From the NCBI GenBank assembly GCA_020051075.1, contig JAGVJP010000123.1:1-32585 (forward strand): a DNA stretch of 32,585 nt. Direction: 5' to 3'. The DNA is from Parachlamydiales bacterium. GTDB lineage: Bacteria; Chlamydiota; Chlamydiia; Chlamydiales; Parachlamydiaceae. Made by a program: the position numbers and the translations under genes. Position 1 is the first letter of the stretch. Every line of letters starts with the position of its first letter. Shown here in pieces: positions 16,868 through 25,189 of the stretch. The notes beneath the pieces are model-generated. The model saw only the letters and a list, made by a program, of their open reading frames with translations. It searched no databases and was not told the DNA's origin.

Positions 16868-18727
16868 ATGATGAAAGATTTGGAAAATAGAAAATCAAAA
16901 TGGTTGCGAGACCTTATTCGCTTTTTGCCACTGAAAAGTCAGTTTGTCCTTTCAGGGAATGTACGTGATCTCCAAATTGAAGATCAGTCACATGGAGCTA
17001 TTGTACGCACACTTTCTTCCTATCTGAATACAGAACTCCTATCCTATGGCTACACCCATGTGTTGAGTTACGACTTCATTAATGGATTTAAAGTCGTTGA
17101 CTGGCTGTCAGCTTCGTCTAGTGATGAATCTGCTGAAACCGTCATGAAACAGCTGGGGCTTCAGCCAGTCAATGGGTGTGCTCCATCGGGTATTGATCTT
17201 TTCGAACGGGTCCTAGAACAGTTGATTGCATGGAACGGTGAGCCTTTAGCTTTAATTGTTGATTTCGCATCGCGGCTTATCATCCACCCAAATGATCTTA
17301 GCGATAATGAGCACCGTCTTTTTACACGGGCATTCATTCGCTCTCAGGAAGCTCGCGTTCGCGCCCATGGGACACCGTCTAAACCATTTTTGAATACTGT
17401 GTTATGGATCGTTGAAAAGGAGGGAGATATGCCCGATTGGTTTACCCTCAATAACTCTAAGATTCGCCATATCCCCATTCCCAACCCTGATCGTCAGAGG
17501 CGTCGAGTTCTGGCGGCGTCTTTGATTCAATCCCTTGATGGAGCAAAAGAGTCTTCGCTTCAGCTAAAAGATGATGCTGTGGAAAGCTTTGTAGACAATA
17601 CTGAAGGGCTCCTTCTCACCGATCTGATGTTAATCGCGCAACTTTGCCGTGAGGAGAAATTAGGATACGCTAAGATTGGAGAAGCTGTGCGTCGCTATAA
17701 GGTGGGGGTTTCCGAAGATCCCTGGCAAAAGCTCGACCGGAAAAAAATTCGCGATGGACAGAATTTCATTATGGAAAGGGTCAAAGGCCAAGATCATGCA
17801 GTGGATCATATGCTTGATATGATTAAACGGGCAGTGACTGGGGTTGGGGCTCCTCGGCGCGGTGGACGTCCTCGCGGCGTTGCCTTTTTAGCAGGACCGA
17901 CTGGAGTAGGGAAGACGGAGCTTGCTAAATCGATTACAAGCCTTTTATTTGGCGACGAAAGCGCTTACATCCGCTTTGATATGTCTGAATTCAGTGCTGA
18001 ACATTCCGATCAACGTTTAATCGGAGCGCCTCCAGGCTATGTGGGCTATGACATGGGTGGAGAATTGACCAATGCGATTCGAGAAAAACCTTTTAGCGTT
18101 GTTCTCTTTGACGAGATCGAAAAAGCACATCCAAGAATTCTCGATAAATTTCTCCAGATTTTAGATGACGGTGTCCTGACGTCAGGAAGAGGAGAGAGAG
18201 TTTATTTCACAGAGGCGTTTATCGTCTTTACATCAAACCTAGGACTCTATCAAACCGACATCACGGGGGAAAGAAAAGCAACCGTTTCCTCAGAAGATTC
18301 TTTTGAAACCATCCAAAAGCGTATCCGCGAAGAAATCGAAAAGCATTTCAAACTGACTCTCAATCGCCCTGAGATTCTCAACCGAATCGGAGACAATGTC
18401 ATCGTATTCGACTTCATTCGCGAAGACATCGCAGAGCAAATTTTCAAGAGCATGGTCGATCACGTGCTATCAGATCTAAAAGGATCTCAAGGCATCGATA
18501 TCTCGATCGATCCAGTAGCTCTGCAGACGCTTAGAGAGCTTTGTTTAGAGGATTTATCGAATGGAGGGCGGGGAATTCGAAATAAAATTGAAACCCATCT
18601 TGTCAACCCTCTTTCTCGATCTCTTTTCGATGAGAACATCGAAACGGGGAGTCAGCTTTCTATTTGTTCCGTTGAATCTGGTAAGGTCACAAAATTTACG
18701 CTCAGCACTGAGAGTGCGATATTATGA
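16868..18727 (+). CDS. AAA+ ATPase with a ClpA/ClpB second (D2)-type domain and a probably inactive N-terminal domain
   Basis: VKGQDHAV, Walker A GPTGVGKT (17894-17917), RFDMSEF, pore loop GAPPGYVGY, Walker B LFDEIEKAH, FTSN, RPEILNRI, GGRGIRN. No Clp N-domain and no first Walker A. Start uncertain (16856-16871). Confidence 0.9.
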   Translation: MMKDLENRKSKWLRDLIRFLPLKSQFVLSGNVRDLQIEDQSHGAIVRTLSSYLNTELLSYGYTHVLSYDFINGFKVVDWLSASSSDESAETVMKQLGLQPVNGCAPSGIDLFERVLEQLIAWNGEPLALIVDFASRLIIHPNDLSDNEHRLFTRAFIRSQEARVRAHGTPSKPFLNTVLWIVEKEGDMPDWFTLNNSKIRHIPIPNPDRQRRRVLAASLIQSLDGAKESSLQLKDDAVESFVDNTEGLLLTDLMLIAQLCREEKLGYAKIGEAVRRYKVGVSEDPWQKLDRKKIRDGQNFIMERVKGQDHAVDHMLDMIKRAVTGVGAPRRGGRPRGVAFLAGPTGVGKTELAKSITSLLFGDESAYIRFDMSEFSAEHSDQRLIGAPPGYVGYDMGGELTNAIREKPFSVVLFDEIEKAHPRILDKFLQILDDGVLTSGRGERVYFTEAFIVFTSNLGLYQTDITGERKATVSSEDSFETIQKRIREEIEKHFKLTLNRPEILNRIGDNVIVFDFIREDIAEQIFKSMVDHVLSDLKGSQGIDISIDPVALQTLRELCLEDLSNGGRGIRNKIETHLVNPLSRSLFDENIETGSQLSICSVESGKVTKFTLSTESAIL

Positions 18728-19395
18728 TGCTCTACCTTTCCAGGATCCACTTTCCGGTCACAACATTGGGGCCAGATCACCGTGTTGGGATCTGGTTTCA
18801 AGGATGCTCTATTCGTTGTAAGGGGTGTGTCTCAGCTGACACATGGGGAACTGGAAAAGGGGGTGTGTCTGTCGATGAAATGATGAATACGATCTCTCCA
18901 TGGCTTCAGGAAGCTGAGGGAATCACGATTTCTGGTGGGGAACCCTTTGATCAACCTGAAGCTCTCATCGATCTTCTGAAACAGATTCGTTCTAAGACGA
19001 GTATCGACATTCTCGTTTATAGCGGACATCCTTTTGAGAAGATTGCCCCCATCGTACAAAATTGTCAGGGGACAATCGACGCCTTAATTTCAGATCCGTA
19101 CGAAGAAAATACCTCGCAAACTGTTGCTTTGCGCGGAAGCGATAACCAACGACTCCACTGTCTGACTCCTCTAGGAGAAACGCGATTCCGTCCTTTCGAT
19201 CGAGTCCTTAAGTCATCGGATAAAACTTTTGATATGATGTTTGATGAAGCTGGAGTCATTTGGCTTGCAGGTATTCCTAGGCGCGATGATATGCGGCGCC
19301 TGAAGACGATTTTAGCAAAAGAGGGCCATCTTGCTGTCACTACACAGGACGAACGCTCTGTCAGGGGGAAGATCGATGATACTTCATGTCCGTAA
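18724..19395 (+). CDS. NrdG/activase-like radical SAM (single 4Fe-4S cluster) protein
   Basis: LGP..RVGIWFQGCSIRCKGC (CxxxCxxC at 18805-18828), GITISGGEPFDQ, VYSG, DALISDPY, LRGSDNQR; ATGA overlap with the ATPase. Confidence 0.9.
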   Translation: MMLYLSRIHFPVTTLGPDHRVGIWFQGCSIRCKGCVSADTWGTGKGGVSVDEMMNTISPWLQEAEGITISGGEPFDQPEALIDLLKQIRSKTSIDILVYSGHPFEKIAPIVQNCQGTIDALISDPYEENTSQTVALRGSDNQRLHCLTPLGETRFRPFDRVLKSSDKTFDMMFDEAGVIWLAGIPRRDDMRRLKTILAKEGHLAVTTQDERSVRGKIDDTSCP

Positions 19396-22300
19396 GTGCC
19401 CGGGGTGTAGAGAAGAGCGCCCTGCTGCAGAGGTGCTCTGCGGAAACTGCACATGGGATCTCACACAAGAACCGCTGAGACTTCCGGGTCAAGTTGATCA
19501 AGTTCTTGAAATGCGAACCCCAACATCGCACACGCGCCTTTGTTTTAATGGTCATCCTTTAGATCCTTATGATGAGATGTGTTTTACATGTGGGGCGACT
19601 GGTGCAGCAGAATCCTGCTCCACCAATCAAGAGCCCTTCTCTCAAGAAGAGGAAACGATCATCGATGGATGGACGATCGTTGATCAGCTTGAAATTGGCA
19701 ATGAACCTTTTGATAGATTTATTGTTGAAAAGCATGGACAAAGCGCTCATCTGACTTTATATTTCCCTGAGACCCATCCTGAACCTGGCATTTATGAAAT
19801 TTTAAAACGACTACCAAAAGACTACGCCCCAGAGCTTTTGGCGCATGGTGTATGGGAATGCCGAAGATATGAAGTGACAGATTTCGTTTCTCACCCCACC
19901 TTGCAAGATCTTCAATCTACTTTTATAGATTTATCAACGATTCAGCAAATCGTGAAATCCATCGGGAGAATCTTGTCTTCTCTTTCAGAATATGGCTTGC
20001 GACATGGGAACCTCCGACCTGAGAATATTTTCATTGTCCACCAAGATCCTCTGAATGTGATGCTAAGCGGCTTCCACTATAGCCATCTTTCGACTTTTGA
20101 TCTTGATGTCATTAAACAGCCTATTTCAGCTTGTTATACAGCTCCTGAGGTGATCGCTGGAGGGATTAGTGCGGCATCAGATTGGTGGAGTCTAGGGATG
20201 ATCATTCTTCAGCTCATCACTAACGGCTCCTGTTTTGAAGGCATTAATGAAAAGGCGTTCCGTATTCACGTCGTCACCAGAGGGATTTCTCTTCCTAAGG
20301 GCATTGATCCATCTATCCGCCTACTCCTTCGAGGTTTGTTAGCTTCAGATACCGATCAACGCTGGCAGTGGTCACAAGTACAAAGTTGGTTAGCAGGAGA
20401 GCCTGTTGAGACTCCTTCTGATACTAAACCTGAAGAAGCCAAAAGCGGTCCAAGTTTAGAGTTCAAAGACCTTTCCTACACCTGCCCTAAACGATATGCC
20501 TTAATAGCAGCTGAAGCCTCGAACTGGGAACATGCAAAAGATCTTCTCTTCCGGGGTGTCATTGCCACTTGGTTAGAAGACAGGAAAGCTGACCCCAAAA
20601 TCGTTGCTGGAGTTCGACTCACATCTTCAATAGATTCAATCCATGAAGACTTTAGGCATGGTCTAGCTCTGATGTGGATGAATCCGAGTTTGCCGCTGAT
20701 TGTTCAAGGGGAGATTGTCACCTGCTCTTGGATGCTCCAAAACCCAGTTCAAGGCAATGAACTCATCACAGGCCCTCTCATCGGACATCTCCGCCAAATG
20801 AATAGAGAGAGACATCTTTGCGATCTGCATGACCGTGAGGCAAGAGCTCGTGAAAGAGCTAAGGCTCTTGAAATTGAACTTAATGAGGAAAGCTTCAGAC
20901 TCCTTGCTCTCGCTCCATCGCGTTCAAACCTTGAGAGACAGTGGACAATGTTTCGCCGGCTCTACCCAGGCTCGGATCATGGCGGACTGAATTCATTGAT
21001 GGATCGCCCGAAGATGACCGACGAAGACTTGATGGTTCTTTTAGGAGCTGCGATTCAATACTATCAACCAGCTGAACAAATTCTTTGTCAGGCTAAAGCC
21101 GTTGCTGCTCAAGCTGAAGTCTCTAGCTATGAAGATGTGGCTGCAAGAGAATGGTTTGAAGTTTCAAGAAGGGACCTTTATCGTGAAATCGAAGAAAGGA
21201 CGGCCAATTACGCTCGATGTGGGATCGTTCGAGTCGATGAATGGGCCGATGACTTCAGGATTGAGCGCAGAATCTCATTGCTTCGCGCTCTGGTGCTCCT
21301 ATCCATCCCAAGACAGACCTGGCAAGAGCCTCCTCGCCAGCAATATGTCTCTACGATTCTTGATTTTTTTGAAAAGCGAACGGCAAGTCTTGCGCAAAGA
21401 GGCCCTCTTGTCAGAATGCTGATTGGGAAGTCTAACTCTCGGGTTGACCTAGCAGGAGTTGCGGGCGAAACACCAACGGCAAGTTCTATTCTTGAACATC
21501 TGATTAGCAGAATAGAGGCTCCTGTAGGAATCAATAGAGTCGCCTTTGAAGATGATATAAATCTTGAGCGACGACTGCGCCATCTCGTCAACCATGCAAA
21601 CACATACAGGAGAGATACAGGGATCGATAGCCTCTACCTCGGATTCCCATTCCTTGTCATGAAAGATCATCGTGCAGAGATCACAGAAAAGAAGCCAAGA
21701 ATAGCCCCCATCCTACTTTGGCCCATTAAAATTGAGATGGAGCACAGAGATCGCGTCTCCATTTTTTTTGACCGTGATAGAGAAGAAATACGGGTGAATC
21801 CAGCATTTACGGGAATGATTGGTCCTGAAGAAGCAAAAAGATGGGCAGAAACTGCTAAGGAGCTATTAGGAAGGTCTGCGATCCGGATCAGAGACGTGAT
21901 GGATGCTTTTGGCGCTCTAGCAGATCCAAGAGAAAGAACGCTATGCGCTTTGCCGGACAGTGACTACAAAGTGAAAGATGGTACCAGGCAAGTCGTTTGC
22001 TCTGCAGTTCTTTTCCATGCTGAATTTATGGGTCAGGCCATTGGAGAAGATCTACGTCAAATGAGGAAAGAGTCACCGGTTGGAACGGGATTAGAAACGG
22101 CACTGCGAGTGAACAAAGATCCTATTCCTACACCCTCGTCGCCTTTGATTCCTGAAAAAGATCGCTTCTTCACGATGGAGAGCGACCCTTCTCAAGAAAA
22201 GGCTGTTTTCCGCGCGCGACAAGCTCCAGGGCTGCTCATTGAAGGCCCTCCAGGAACGGGCAAAAGTCAAACGATCGTCAATATCATTGGAGATTGCATC

Positions 22301-25189
22301 GGTCGCAAACAGACAGTTCTCGTTGTATGTCAAAAATCTGCAGCCCTAGAAGTCCTCGCAAAAAGACTCGATGCGGAAGGACTTAAAAACCGCTATTTCT
22401 ATATTACCCACGTCAATAAAGATCGCACGTCCATTTTACAAAACCTCCGAACTCAAATCGAGGGGATTGGGCAAGCGATGAGAGCCTACCGCGCGGAGAA
22501 TGTGGAACGTGAGCGGGAAGAGCTCGCTGAGAAAATCGAAAAATTGGAAAAGGAAATCGATAAGCATCATGCTGCGATCCATACAATCGATGAAACGACA
22601 GGGTTAAGCTATCGAATCCTCCTAGGACAATTAATCGACTTAGAAGACCAAGCAATCAAGCTTGTTGATGTCCCTGCCCTAAGAAGACTGTTTAAAGATC
22701 TCGATCAGAAACAGCTCTCAGGCATGGAAGAAATCTGCTCTCCGATCGCTGGGATTTGGCTTGAATCCTCTTTTGAAGGCAACCCTTTAGAAAAGCTCAG
22801 GCTTTTCTCTCCCGATTCTGCTTTAGTCAATGAATTTACCAGCTCTCTTTTTGGATTTATTGATAAGGAAAAAAGACGAGACGAATCTATCCGGCAGGAA
22901 CATGACTCTCACCTACTTCCCAACCTCATTCAGATGCCTATCCCGATCCTGAAAAAATGGCTCAGATGGGCAAAGAGTGCGACCGCACCAGTCTCCTTCC
23001 TAAGCCGTCTTAATCCTGTCCGTTATCTGCACTGCAAGTGGATGCAAAAGGTCATGACTGATCTCAAGGAAAACCCCACCCATGAAAGAATCGTACAACT
23101 TCAGAACGCGGCAACGTTTGAACTGCAGCAGCGGCCGCTTCGAGAAGCAATTTTAGATCAGGTTAGATCTCAGAGTGTCGATGCCTTGGACAGGCTTGAA
23201 CCATTTTTCTCTGAAGAGTTGTCTGAGCTTTGCCAAGCCAACATTCAGAATAATCGATCCAATCTCTACGATCTTCAACTCTTAGTTGAGGGATTACCGT
23301 CCCTGCTTCCTTACCAAGAATTCCGCTTGCAAGCTCCTAATCTTTCACCAGAGGTCTTAAAAATCTTTGCTACCCTCCGAGAAAAAGACAAAGAATTGAA
23401 GGAATATCCTTCAGAGGAACTAGGAAAGGTGGTCCGACGAATTATTGCTCGTGAAGGGCGACTTGCTTGGAAAGACCGAATCGAACAGAGCTTTCCAATT
23501 TTACGTCTTGCTCAAAAAGAACTTTCGCGCAAAATCCAAACGCTCGACAAATCAATGACTAAAATGAGGAAATTGAACCAGAAGTTCTTGGCTTTCAGCT
23601 TGGATATTGAGAACGTCAGGGTTGAAGATTGGGAGGATATCACTCGCCTAAGAGGTCCAAGAGCTCGTCGTCTTCGCGAAGTCATTGAACGTGGTTGGGA
23701 TATGGGGCTTGGACGTCTCCGTCCAGTCTGGCTAATGAATCCAGACACGGCAAGCCAGCTGCTTCCTTTAAGAGCTGGCATGTTTGACGTGATTATTTTC
23801 GACGAGGCAAGCCAAATCCCTATAGAAAATGCCCTTCCAACGCTTTATCGAGCAAAACGAACCGTCATCAGCGGAGATGAGAAACAGATGCCTCCGACGA
23901 ACGTCTTCATGAAACGAATCAGTGACGATGAGGAAACACCGATTAATGAAGACATGGACGATATGATCAGTGAGGCGGAAAGGGAAACTCTGGAAGATAC
24001 CTGGAATCGAAGAGAAATTAAAGATTGTTCGGATTTGTTAGCTCTTGGAAAAACCGTTTTACCAAGATCCATGCTACAAATCCACTATCGCTCAAAATAC
24101 CGCGAGCTCATTGCCTTTTCAAATGCAGCTTTCTATGGCAATAAGTTAAGCGTCCCTGTCAGACACCCAGAGAATGTGATTCAAAACATTCGTCCTATTG
24201 AAATGATACGAGTCAATGGAGTCTATGCAAACCAAACCAATCGGGAAGAAGCGGAAAGGGTCGTCGATGTATTAGCTGAACGCTGGTCTTCACCAGAAAG
24301 GCCCAGCATTGGTGTCGTGACCTTTAACGTCAAGCAAGCGGATCTCATCGAAGACGTTCTTGCCGAACGAGCTGATCAAAATGCATCCTTCCGGGAGGCC
24401 TTGGATCAAGAACGAGAGCGTCAGCAAGGTGGAGAAGACATGAGCTTCTTTGTTAAAAACGTTGAAAACGTTCAAGGGGACGAAAGAGATGTCATCATTT
24501 TCAGCTCGACCTTCGGAAGAGATGAGCAAGGGGTCTTCAGAAGACAATTCGGTCTTCTCAGCCAAACAGGAGGTGAACATCGTTTGAACGTGGCTATCAC
24601 GAGAGCGAGAGAGAAGATCATCCTGATCACTTCCTTACCCATTAATGAAATCTCAGATGCTTTATCCAACAGCCAAGGCCCTAAAAACTCAAAGGATTAC
24701 CTTCAAGCTTACTTTGACTACGCCTCTAAACTCAGCGATGGATCTCTAGAAGCTGCCCGAAAGTCTTTGGATCGAATGGCTTCTGAAAACTCTTCCACAC
24801 AAGAGATCTCAAATGCCGACAAGGATGGTTTCACTCGATCAGTCGCTGCTTTCATCAAAAGTCTTGGGCTCAACCCATTCGCAATCAAAGAAAATGATGC
24901 TTTTGGATTGGATTTTGTGATCGAAGACCCTGAGAAAAACCGTTTTGGCATCGGCATTGAGTGCGATGCTCATTGTCACCCTGTTTTAGAAACAGCAAGA
25001 GCCCGTGAAGTTTGGCGTCCTAAGGTCCTGCGCATGGGAATCCCGCATGTCCATAGAGTGACTAGTTATGCATGGTATCATCGGAGAAATGAAGAGATGG
25101 AACGTTTAAAAAAGATGCTCGAAGAAGCCTTGAGAGTCATGCTTGCAGGAGAATCTATTCAATCTGATTCTGAGGATAAAAGAGAATGA
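19376..25189 (+). CDS. Multidomain protein: double Zn-ribbon + Ser/Thr (pseudo)kinase + DUF4011-like + SF1 (Upf1/DNA2-like) helicase + Vsr/REase-like nuclease
   Basis: CPGC..CGNC and CFNGH..CFTC; HGNLRPEN, YTAPE, SDWWSLG; RRDTGIDSLYLGFPFL/APILLWPI (DUF4011-like); DPSQ, GPPGTGKS (22244), DEASQ (23801), GDEKQMPP, HYRS, VENVQGDERD, RLNVAITRAR; C-terminal LDFVIED..GIECD..RAREVWR..HRV..WY. Likely start ATG 19376. Confidence 0.9.
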   Translation: MILHVRKCPGCREERPAAEVLCGNCTWDLTQEPLRLPGQVDQVLEMRTPTSHTRLCFNGHPLDPYDEMCFTCGATGAAESCSTNQEPFSQEEETIIDGWTIVDQLEIGNEPFDRFIVEKHGQSAHLTLYFPETHPEPGIYEILKRLPKDYAPELLAHGVWECRRYEVTDFVSHPTLQDLQSTFIDLSTIQQIVKSIGRILSSLSEYGLRHGNLRPENIFIVHQDPLNVMLSGFHYSHLSTFDLDVIKQPISACYTAPEVIAGGISAASDWWSLGMIILQLITNGSCFEGINEKAFRIHVVTRGISLPKGIDPSIRLLLRGLLASDTDQRWQWSQVQSWLAGEPVETPSDTKPEEAKSGPSLEFKDLSYTCPKRYALIAAEASNWEHAKDLLFRGVIATWLEDRKADPKIVAGVRLTSSIDSIHEDFRHGLALMWMNPSLPLIVQGEIVTCSWMLQNPVQGNELITGPLIGHLRQMNRERHLCDLHDREARARERAKALEIELNEESFRLLALAPSRSNLERQWTMFRRLYPGSDHGGLNSLMDRPKMTDEDLMVLLGAAIQYYQPAEQILCQAKAVAAQAEVSSYEDVAAREWFEVSRRDLYREIEERTANYARCGIVRVDEWADDFRIERRISLLRALVLLSIPRQTWQEPPRQQYVSTILDFFEKRTASLAQRGPLVRMLIGKSNSRVDLAGVAGETPTASSILEHLISRIEAPVGINRVAFEDDINLERRLRHLVNHANTYRRDTGIDSLYLGFPFLVMKDHRAEITEKKPRIAPILLWPIKIEMEHRDRVSIFFDRDREEIRVNPAFTGMIGPEEAKRWAETAKELLGRSAIRIRDVMDAFGALADPRERTLCALPDSDYKVKDGTRQVVCSAVLFHAEFMGQAIGEDLRQMRKESPVGTGLETALRVNKDPIPTPSSPLIPEKDRFFTMESDPSQEKAVFRARQAPGLLIEGPPGTGKSQTIVNIIGDCIGRKQTVLVVCQKSAALEVLAKRLDAEGLKNRYFYITHVNKDRTSILQNLRTQIEGIGQAMRAYRAENVEREREELAEKIEKLEKEIDKHHAAIHTIDETTGLSYRILLGQLIDLEDQAIKLVDVPALRRLFKDLDQKQLSGMEEICSPIAGIWLESSFEGNPLEKLRLFSPDSALVNEFTSSLFGFIDKEKRRDESIRQEHDSHLLPNLIQMPIPILKKWLRWAKSATAPVSFLSRLNPVRYLHCKWMQKVMTDLKENPTHERIVQLQNAATFELQQRPLREAILDQVRSQSVDALDRLEPFFSEELSELCQANIQNNRSNLYDLQLLVEGLPSLLPYQEFRLQAPNLSPEVLKIFATLREKDKELKEYPSEELGKVVRRIIAREGRLAWKDRIEQSFPILRLAQKELSRKIQTLDKSMTKMRKLNQKFLAFSLDIENVRVEDWEDITRLRGPRARRLREVIERGWDMGLGRLRPVWLMNPDTASQLLPLRAGMFDVIIFDEASQIPIENALPTLYRAKRTVISGDEKQMPPTNVFMKRISDDEETPINEDMDDMISEAERETLEDTWNRREIKDCSDLLALGKTVLPRSMLQIHYRSKYRELIAFSNAAFYGNKLSVPVRHPENVIQNIRPIEMIRVNGVYANQTNREEAERVVDVLAERWSSPERPSIGVVTFNVKQADLIEDVLAERADQNASFREALDQERERQQGGEDMSFFVKNVENVQGDERDVIIFSSTFGRDEQGVFRRQFGLLSQTGGEHRLNVAITRAREKIILITSLPINEISDALSNSQGPKNSKDYLQAYFDYASKLSDGSLEAARKSLDRMASENSSTQEISNADKDGFTRSVAAFIKSLGLNPFAIKENDAFGLDFVIEDPEKNRFGIGIECDAHCHPVLETARAREVWRPKVLRMGIPHVHRVTSYAWYHRRNEEMERLKKMLEEALRVMLAGESIQSDSEDKRE

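Noticed and set aside
16856..18727. Calling the ATPase clpB or clpA
   Set aside because: Only 623 aa with one intact AAA module, no N- or M-domain, and a non-housekeeping context.
18724..19395. Calling the radical SAM gene nrdG or viperin
   Set aside because: No nrdD is adjacent. The motifs are activase-like rather than viperin-like, so function is left open.
25052..25075. HRVTSY in the helicase C-terminus as a glycyl-radical (RVxGY) site
   Set aside because: It lacks the essential Gly and fits the usual end of Vsr-like nuclease domains.
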